Assembly (NCBI RefSeq): GCF_000014265.1
Contig: NC_008312.1
Coordinates: 2,910,001-2,942,000 of the forward strand
Source of the DNA: Trichodesmium erythraeum IMS101
GTDB taxonomy: Bacteria > Cyanobacteriota > Cyanobacteriia > Cyanobacteriales > Microcoleaceae
Direction of reading: 5' to 3'
Length of the DNA: 32,000 nucleotides
Positions 9,049 through 16,395 of this stretch are shown one piece after another; within the stretch, counting starts at the first letter, position 1, and each line of letters begins with the position of its first letter. Made by a program: the position numbers and the translations under genes. The notes beneath the pieces are model-generated. The model searched no databases. It was not told the origin of the DNA and worked only from the letters and a program-made list of their open reading frames with translations.

Positions 9049-9069
9049 CATTTATCAGTTATCAGTAAG
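9049..9069. repeat. STRR-type heptamer run (CAGTTAT family); related runs at 4655-4670 and, reverse-complemented, at 18027-18047
   Basis: Direct reading: catttat cagttat cagtaag. 4655-4670 reads cagttat cagttat ca. 18027-18047 reads gtaactg ataactg attaata. Confidence 0.55.
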
Positions 9070-9565
9070 TAAAAGTAGTAACTGGTGGCAACTGCTTCTA
9101 AATATGAATATTGGTAAAGCGTTTTGAAGGAAAGCTACTGGTGAAATACTTACTGCCATAGTCACGAGCAAATTTTTGGTTCTTTTCTTACTAATCATAA
9201 ATTTTATCCTATTTATTAAGCTGCTTGAAATTGAAAAACAGTTTACTCTTGGAGGTTTCTTTCCTTGATAGTTATCATTTATGGGATTTGAGGATGAAGA
9301 TAAAAATAATTGTTGGTGGTGGTTATTATTATCGACAAATTTATTTAACCTAGCTATATATATAAAAAGTACATGAATAAGTTATATTAATTAAATGGGA
9401 TATTTAACCTTAATTTTATATTGCCAAAATTCGATTACAAAACAAGATATATATCTTCTAGTTTTGGCGAATTTTTGCAACAGTTAGGAATCCATAATTT
9501 TCTCTGGTAAAACTAACTAAATTACAGTTTTTCTAGTTTTAAGACAATAAATAAGATTAAAAACT

Positions 9566-11767
9566 ATGCCTGAAATTAATGACATCATTAATAATCGCAA
9601 AGCCAACGCTACTACTGCGATAAAAAAGAAGGAAGACTTAGAAGAACTTGAGAGGAAAATTAAGGAGCTTCAGAGGTTAAGACCAGAAATTATTAAAGCA
9701 CCTGGTATTACTTCTGTCGTCTCTGAGCGCTTAGAAAAAGTTGACCTTCAAGGCATCCTTGATATTATTACTCAAGAACGAGAGCTGTGGGGAAGGATTG
9801 AGAAACGCCTGAATAGGGATACTATTAATATTGCTGTTGTGGGTTTAGCACGTCAAGGAAAAAGTACATTTCTACAGCAAATAACTTTGTTGACAGATGC
9901 AGAAATTCCTGCCAGTGATGGTCAACCTTGCACTACTACTCAAAGCAATATTTATCATTCACCAAACGAAAGTTATGGCAGAGTTTATTTTCATTCTAAA
10001 AGTTCTTTTTTGGAAGAAGTAATTATACCTTATTTCAAGAAATTAGGCTTTACAAGTTTCCCTCAAAGAATTGAAGATTTTGGTCGGGCACAACTACCAT
10101 ATTTACGAGAAAATTTTTCTGCTAATGATCAGTCTATTTATAATCATCTAAAAGATGAGTATTACAGACACTTTTCTGACTATTCCCACCTACTAAAAAA
10201 TGAAAAACATGTCCAGAAAATTAGACAAGATGAAATTAAGGAGTATGTTTCTCAAAAGTATGATTTGGCCAGTCAACCAACCCTTTTTCATCACTTAGCT
10301 GTGGAAAAGGTAGAGATTTTTTGCCCATTTCCAAATAGAGGAGTAGAAAAAATTGCTGTAATTGATCTGCCTGGTCTTGGGGATACCCGGCTAGGGGATG
10401 CAGAACGAATGATTAAAGCCCTTGCGGAAGATACTGATTTTATTTTGTTTATTCGCAAGCCGAATGCTACTGGTGATTTCTGGGGACAACGAGATGTTGA
10501 TTTGTATGATGCGGCACATCAAGCTTTGGAAGATAAATTACCTCTGGAACAGTGGTCTTTTATGCTACTTAATTATGATGGAGAAAATGGGAGAGCGTGT
10601 CAAGATTTTCAAAATACGATTAAGTCTAAAGGAATTCATGTTAAGGAAGATCTTCAGTCTAACTGCAAGAATTCAACATCAGCGAAAGAAGTGTTAACAA
10701 AAATACTTACATATTTGGAAAGAAACCTAGTCAGATTAGACAAACAGTATATGTCGTCAACTTATCAACAATCATTTAAGCGCCAACAGCAAGTGAAACT
10801 AGAACTACAAGGACTGGAGCAAGCAATAGCTAGTTATGGGGATATCAATGCTCAGTATGTAGTGCTCAGAGATAAATTTGTGCTTCAACTTTACAATGAT
10901 ATAGAAAAGTTCCGAGAAGAAAAGCGAGAAGAATTGGACACTTCTAACCCAGAATTTAAAGCTGAGGTTGATGCAGCAATTAACCGGTGCCAACAAGAGT
11001 TTAATATTCCTGATTTAGAGCGTTTAAATAGTTGGGCAAGAAAAGATGGAATTAATGCTGTTTATTTTCGAGCTAAACAACAAATGCGTCCGGGAATATT
11101 GAAGAATTTTCACTTAATGGAAACTGGTCTCAAAGCTGCGGTTGATCAGACAAAATTAGAATTAGCAAATATTCTAATTCAACTAGGAATTGGAAATATA
11201 GTGAAAGATAATGGACTGGAGTTTTTCCCTGCTATGGTAGAGATTTTGAACAAAAGTAGTAGTTTGCCGAATCTTAGGTTTGCCTTTGAATTTATTGATT
11301 CTTTTGAAGTTACTTATAAAGGAATTATTCAATACCGAGTTTGGAAGGAGATTGTTGATATTTTACCTCCTAATACCATGACTTTTACTAAGGTATCAGA
11401 TAATATAAATAATGGTGATTTGTCTCCTAATACTATAGATTTTACTAAGGCATCAGATAATATGAATTTGGTTGTTCATGACCTTCAGAAACTCCATCAA
11501 AAAGCGATTGAAGTATGTGAAGAGATTTTAGATGATATAGGAATATACTTTAATAATGGACGAATATCAATGGTAGAAGAATTTGCAGATTACATTACAC
11601 GTGCAGAAGGGGTACAGGGGGAATGGGACATTTTTTTGAGCAATAACCGCAGTAAAGTTTGGCCAGAACTTAAGGAGATGGAAGAACAAGAGCAGTTACG
11701 AAAATATTGGCTGTCTTTAGTTCAAGAAGCACTGGCTATTAATGAACAAATTAAGCTCTCTTTTTGA
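9566..11767 (+). CDS. Dynamin-like GTPase (bacterial dynamin-like protein family), gene A of the four-gene cluster
   Basis: 733-aa ORF with an ATG start. G1/P-loop is INIAVVGLARQGKSTFLQQI (nt ~9836-9880). G3 is VIDLPGLGDT (nt ~10361-10390). These compare with the remembered Nostoc BDLP motifs LGDMKRGKSTFLNAL and DSPGLND. LLNYD sits at the G4 position. The C-terminal ~450 aa is helical and coiled-coil-rich. No hydrophobic TM/paddle segment was seen. Confidence 0.8.
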   Translation: MPEINDIINNRKANATTAIKKKEDLEELERKIKELQRLRPEIIKAPGITSVVSERLEKVDLQGILDIITQERELWGRIEKRLNRDTINIAVVGLARQGKSTFLQQITLLTDAEIPASDGQPCTTTQSNIYHSPNESYGRVYFHSKSSFLEEVIIPYFKKLGFTSFPQRIEDFGRAQLPYLRENFSANDQSIYNHLKDEYYRHFSDYSHLLKNEKHVQKIRQDEIKEYVSQKYDLASQPTLFHHLAVEKVEIFCPFPNRGVEKIAVIDLPGLGDTRLGDAERMIKALAEDTDFILFIRKPNATGDFWGQRDVDLYDAAHQALEDKLPLEQWSFMLLNYDGENGRACQDFQNTIKSKGIHVKEDLQSNCKNSTSAKEVLTKILTYLERNLVRLDKQYMSSTYQQSFKRQQQVKLELQGLEQAIASYGDINAQYVVLRDKFVLQLYNDIEKFREEKREELDTSNPEFKAEVDAAINRCQQEFNIPDLERLNSWARKDGINAVYFRAKQQMRPGILKNFHLMETGLKAAVDQTKLELANILIQLGIGNIVKDNGLEFFPAMVEILNKSSSLPNLRFAFEFIDSFEVTYKGIIQYRVWKEIVDILPPNTMTFTKVSDNINNGDLSPNTIDFTKASDNMNLVVHDLQKLHQKAIEVCEEILDDIGIYFNNGRISMVEEFADYITRAEGVQGEWDIFLSNNRSKVWPELKEMEEQEQLRKYWLSLVQEALAINEQIKLSF

Positions 11768-11835
11768 TAACTCGATTGATTTAAAGTGAGTTAAACTAGG
11801 CAAAATGTTAGCTATAAATTTAGTTGATTAAGCAT

Positions 11836-11873
11836 ATTGAGCAAAGTAACTTAGAACAAGTTATTTGCTCAAT
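11836..11873. other. Long imperfect hairpin in the A-B spacer, flanked by a 14-nt direct repeat
   Basis: attgagcaaa-g-taactt-agaac-aagtta-tttgctcaat: 16 bp of stem with one bulged G and a 5-nt loop. The direct repeat aaaatgttagctat lies at 11802-11815 and 11883-11896. No U-tract follows on either strand. Confidence 0.45.
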
Positions 11874-11965
11874 AAAAATCAAAAAATGTTAGCTATTCGT
11901 TGTTCAGAGAGGATTGCTATATTAACTTGTAGTTAGTCAACCAAACACAGGGGTTATTTATAATC

Positions 11966-13147
11966 ATGGTTCAAGAACAACAACGGCAAAAAAACACAAG
12001 AATTAAACTGGGAATTTGGGGAACTAGCAGTGCAGGAAAAACAGTTTATATGCTCATGCTATATCATTACCTTCAAAGGTCAAAAAGAAAAGACAGGTTC
12101 TTAGTTAAGGCTGGTAATGAACAAACAGACAAGTTTCTGAAAAAACATTTAATTTCAAGGATTTATAAAGGAGAATTTCCAAGCACAACAACAAAGGAAG
12201 ATAAATATAACTCATATTCTTATAAGCTGAAAAGGAATAATAGCGACACAATAGTAGAGTTGACCTTTCTCGATCTCTCAGGAGAAATCTGGAAAAGCAG
12301 AGGATACAAGGTAAAGACAAATAACAAGAAAAACGAGGATGTAAGTGTAGCAAAATACTTGACACAGTGCCATGGAATTTTAATTTTATTGAGTCCCTTA
12401 AAGGAAGACTACCCTCCTAAAAACTCATATTTCTCATTATTAGAAGGCTTATTTAGATTAATGCTAAGAGAAATTCCCGAATCCGAATTCAAACTAGAGC
12501 AATATGTTGTTTTTGGTATAACTAAAGCAGATCACGATGAAATTTACCAGCGGACAATAGACAGGAATTTTTATCAATTGATTATGGAAATTATAGGACC
12601 CCAAGCAAGCCTAGAAGGGCTCGAAAGCTATTTTCATCTAGAAATAGTGGAAGAGAAAGATGGAACAAAGCGAGTGAATGTAAATGGAGAAAATAATCGT
12701 TGCTGTTTTCTTCCTATTTCACCCTTCGCAAAATATTACGATGAAGATGGTGGTAAAATGATATCCCCTGTTATTGAAAATAAAACAGAGGAAGAACCAA
12801 GGGCAAATGAGTCACAGCAGGAGCCGCCAAAAGCTGCTGGTAAGCGACAGGAGAAACAGCGAGAAGACCCTTTTAAAAAAAATCTAGGTAAGAAGCAAAA
12901 GAATAATGATGATTATGAAACACCCAGTACGGCTGACAATTCTGAAGGTGGTCAAAGGGAAGGCCACAGTAGTGACAATGATGACTATGACACACCCAGT
13001 ACAACTAATGATGATGAACCAAATCAAAAACAGGGAAAATACAAGATTGATACACGCGTTGAGTGGAGACCTCAAAATGTAGTTGAGCCTATTGAGTGGT
13101 TGATTCAGCGTATAGAAAATCATCCTCCCAAAATTTTTGATGAATAG
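11966..13147 (+). CDS. P-loop GTPase (Ras-like/TRAFAC class) with an acidic low-complexity tail, gene B of the cluster
   Basis: 393-aa ORF with an ATG start. G1 is KLGIWGTSSAGKTVYM (nt ~12005-12050), G3 is FLDLSGE (nt ~12262-12285) and G4 is GITKADHDE (nt ~12515-12540). The tail (aa ~270-350) is rich in E/K/Q/D and has a duplicated NDDYETPSTADN / NDDYDTPSTTND motif. A ~45-aa non-repetitive C-terminus follows (KYKIDTRVEWRPQNVVEPIEWLIQRIENHPP). Confidence 0.75.
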   Translation: MVQEQQRQKNTRIKLGIWGTSSAGKTVYMLMLYHYLQRSKRKDRFLVKAGNEQTDKFLKKHLISRIYKGEFPSTTTKEDKYNSYSYKLKRNNSDTIVELTFLDLSGEIWKSRGYKVKTNNKKNEDVSVAKYLTQCHGILILLSPLKEDYPPKNSYFSLLEGLFRLMLREIPESEFKLEQYVVFGITKADHDEIYQRTIDRNFYQLIMEIIGPQASLEGLESYFHLEIVEEKDGTKRVNVNGENNRCCFLPISPFAKYYDEDGGKMISPVIENKTEEEPRANESQQEPPKAAGKRQEKQREDPFKKNLGKKQKNNDDYETPSTADNSEGGQREGHSSDNDDYDTPSTTNDDEPNQKQGKYKIDTRVEWRPQNVVEPIEWLIQRIENHPPKIFDE

Positions 13148-13191
13148 CAACAAACAGAGTAACAACAGTTAATCAATTAGGAGAAAAAATT

Positions 13192-16100
13192 ATGCAACAA
13201 CAGCAAGAACTAGAGCAGTTTATTTACGGTAAATTTGTCGGTCCAGAAAGCGGATATTGCATCGTTGCCCATAGTTCTAACTTAGAAGACAAACAGGCTA
13301 TAGAAGAGATAGCCGAGCAAGAATGTCGCTTTTGGCAACAGCCTTCGGATTATAATCTCTGGGGGGTTGGCATTTGTCGAAATAATACTCAGATTTGTCC
13401 GGAACAGGAAATTATATTTATTCAAGAAAGGTCGGCTCAGAATTTGAACAAAAGCTTTGTTTTTAGCGGAAGTCGTAGATTTTATCAGCGACTTTATATT
13501 TTTGCTTCCGAAGCAACAGCGCTGAAATTCAACAAGATCATTTTTCTGTGGCTTACCAAATTTTCCCTCAACAAAGTGCCTACATTTAAAGCACTCAATA
13601 AACCCAATGGTTCCGGTGACTCTGGGTCTTGGTTTTTTCCTCAAAGTGACTTCTCATTAACTGACCAACAGACTGAAAAGGCAAACCCAAAAAAAATCAT
13701 AGCAGATGTTTGGCAGAAACTTAGCAACAATGAACGAAACCTCTGGGTTCAGGCGTTGGATGCAATTATGAGAGGTAAAAAGCTTTTGATTGCGATCGCA
13801 GATAATAAAGATGAAATAAGTAAATTCCTGTCAAAACTGGACAATCTTTTATTACTTTTCATTCCGATGGTTTGGCGAAGTAAACTCTCGATCGCAATGG
13901 GAAAAGACATCGATCTAGAAGTTTGTAAATGGGCAAATATAGTAGTTAGTTTTCAGGAAGAAAAACCGAGCTATTGGACTGATGATTGGGTTTGTCTAGA
14001 TTTAGCATCAACAATAATTACTCCAAATCTAAGTATTGAAAGTGAATACGTTAAAGATTTTATTGAACCACTTAAGGATGATTTTGGAAGTTTAACTATT
14101 CTATGTAAAAAATTTGCTGAAAATGAAAATGTTGGTCTTAAACTGAAGACCACCAACAATCAGAAAAACTCATCAGGATTTAGGCCAGATTCGTCTAATG
14201 TTAGTCTTTTATTACAGGGTAAGCCTTTAGACTTTAGTCATCCATCTGTTGATTTTATAGCTAATTACCCCAAGGACGATACCTATAAAACACAACTATT
14301 TTCCAAATACTTTTTACCCATGAAATCCGAGCTAAAAATCTTTCTTGAGAATGTGGGTAAAGATCAAAAGACAGTGTTAATAATCCTTTGGGAGGCTATC
14401 AAACAAAATTTAACGACTGATGCTGATATAGCGGTCCTCTGTTTGAGTAAAATGTTTGCTTTATTAACTAAAGATGAGTTTTTAAAGCGACTTCAGGAAC
14501 TTAAAGCAGCCGATGTTATGGAGCTAATAAGTCATGGCTTATGGAAAGAAACTCAAAAAAATGTCAATAAAGAAGACTCTTTAGAATTCATAAACAAAGA
14601 ATTACAACTTATTTCCTTAAAATTCATAAAAGAAGAAAGAAAGAGATACAAATACGAAGAATTTAAAAAATTTGTTAGCATTCATTTACAAGAAATATTT
14701 TTCTCAGATGTAGAAAAATTTCAACTATGGGATTCATTTTTAGCTCAGGAAATTGATCGGGAAAAGTTTCTGGATTTGTTTAACGAACAACTTATTCCTT
14801 TAATGCCTAAAATTGACTTAGAAATCTTTGAAAACAGCTATCTAATTAAATACCTAAAATCTTCATTTCCTATTGTATTTTTAGGATTGCAAGATGTTTT
14901 ATCAAATCGAAATTTCTCAAAGCTTTGCCTAGTTTCTAGTGACTTAAAAATAAATAATGCCACAACCAATAAGCTTTACCTAAACTTTTTAGAGTCTCAA
15001 TCACCAACCTATGAAAGTAGCCAGGATTTGTTAATAGATACTATTAATAGGAGTATCGATCTAAAAACAACAGTCCTTAAAATTCAAGATCTTTCTGATG
15101 TTTACCAATGGTTTTATAAGAAGAAACCAGGGTTATTCGATAATTTAAGTAAACTTTATAGCACTAATCCATCATGGTCAGACTGGGAAGAACTTGCATC
15201 TTTTTTGTACCCAGATGATCATAATCAAGAAAATAGGGTTTATTTTCTTGACAAAATAGTTGCTCAAAAATTCACCGCTGAGGTTTTAAAAACTTGGTTC
15301 AACTTATTAAAAAGTGAACCGAATAATCCCAAGATTAAAGAAAGTTTTTTGAATGGAAAAACCTGGAAGAATTTAAGGGACGAAACTATTAAAAATATGT
15401 ACTGTTATCTAACAACTGAGGTCCCAGATTATGTAAGTAAGTTAATACAATGGGCCTCTGAAAAAAGTAGGTTTGATTTGATTAACGGAAAACTCACCGA
15501 ATCTGCCATAGAAATTTGGGAAAATAATAAGACAATTGATCAACAAACTTGGCAAATTTTAATGTTTTCACCAGTACAAGCAAACTTATCCAATGAAAAG
15601 CGTTTTAGAATGAGAATTGCTGATTTATTGTGTGAACCAAATTCACTATCCTTGACAAATAATGTTGAAATTAAAAGCCAAAATATTTCTAAAGAAAGAC
15701 AAAATAAAAGCGAGTCACAGCAAAAAAAACCAAGAGATCTTTTTAAGAAATATACTGCACATAAAACTATTCAGGAAAATGTTTCAAGCACTGATGATCC
15801 TTTAACAAACTCGACATCTACTCAGATGTCTAATAATAACCAAAATGAGGGCAAAGTCAACGAGTCCAGGAGAGACTTGCCACTCTACAATAAAGAACAA
15901 AAAACACTGCATTTATTAACTGAACTTGCTAGAAAAAAAATTAATAAATTCAAGGACGACCCTGAGAAAATTGAAGGTTTTCTTGAGCTTTGTGAAACCT
16001 TTGAAATAAAAATACTGGAAGTTTTAGTGGAAGTGGATTTAAAAAATTGCCCTGGTGTCTTCTTCAAGTATCTGCATAGCAAAAATTATGATAGAAACAG

Positions 16101-16284
16101 CACAGAATATATTCGTTGCTTTGAAAAAATGTTATCTCAAATTCAAAGCAACACTAAAGAGCGAGACAAAATTATCGATTTTGTGAGAGATATAGGAAAG
16201 AATATGATTGGGGAAGGAGACAAAGAGCTTCGGGAGCTAGCTGTTGATTCTCTAGCCTCTTGGGCACGTCAGGGATTGAAGTGA
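13192..16284 (+). CDS. 1030-aa hypothetical protein, predominantly helical, gene C of the cluster (possible GAP1-like GTPase-associated scaffold)
   Basis: Long uninterrupted ORF 44 nt after gene B. It has a good ribosome-binding site (TAGGAGA, 8 nt before the ATG). The N-terminal ~130 aa reads QFIYGKFVGPESGYCIVAHSSNL...WGVGICR...FIQERSAQ...FVFSGSRRFYQRLYIF. The remainder is rich in K/E/N/L/I, with a low-complexity S/N/Q/K segment near aa 830-880. I recognise no enzymatic motif. Confidence 0.8.
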   Translation: MQQQQELEQFIYGKFVGPESGYCIVAHSSNLEDKQAIEEIAEQECRFWQQPSDYNLWGVGICRNNTQICPEQEIIFIQERSAQNLNKSFVFSGSRRFYQRLYIFASEATALKFNKIIFLWLTKFSLNKVPTFKALNKPNGSGDSGSWFFPQSDFSLTDQQTEKANPKKIIADVWQKLSNNERNLWVQALDAIMRGKKLLIAIADNKDEISKFLSKLDNLLLLFIPMVWRSKLSIAMGKDIDLEVCKWANIVVSFQEEKPSYWTDDWVCLDLASTIITPNLSIESEYVKDFIEPLKDDFGSLTILCKKFAENENVGLKLKTTNNQKNSSGFRPDSSNVSLLLQGKPLDFSHPSVDFIANYPKDDTYKTQLFSKYFLPMKSELKIFLENVGKDQKTVLIILWEAIKQNLTTDADIAVLCLSKMFALLTKDEFLKRLQELKAADVMELISHGLWKETQKNVNKEDSLEFINKELQLISLKFIKEERKRYKYEEFKKFVSIHLQEIFFSDVEKFQLWDSFLAQEIDREKFLDLFNEQLIPLMPKIDLEIFENSYLIKYLKSSFPIVFLGLQDVLSNRNFSKLCLVSSDLKINNATTNKLYLNFLESQSPTYESSQDLLIDTINRSIDLKTTVLKIQDLSDVYQWFYKKKPGLFDNLSKLYSTNPSWSDWEELASFLYPDDHNQENRVYFLDKIVAQKFTAEVLKTWFNLLKSEPNNPKIKESFLNGKTWKNLRDETIKNMYCYLTTEVPDYVSKLIQWASEKSRFDLINGKLTESAIEIWENNKTIDQQTWQILMFSPVQANLSNEKRFRMRIADLLCEPNSLSLTNNVEIKSQNISKERQNKSESQQKKPRDLFKKYTAHKTIQENVSSTDDPLTNSTSTQMSNNNQNEGKVNESRRDLPLYNKEQKTLHLLTELARKKINKFKDDPEKIEGFLELCETFEIKILEVLVEVDLKNCPGVFFKYLHSKNYDRNSTEYIRCFEKMLSQIQSNTKERDKIIDFVRDIGKNMIGEGDKELRELAVDSLASWARQGLK

Positions 16285-16395
16285 TTGCTGTCTCACCATT
16301 ATAAGAAGTGTAGCCAACAGGGTAACTAGGCTTTTTGTTCAGCTTTAAGGTAGTGCAAGTTAATAAAAACTTAGTCAAATTGGAGTTTTTTTTAA

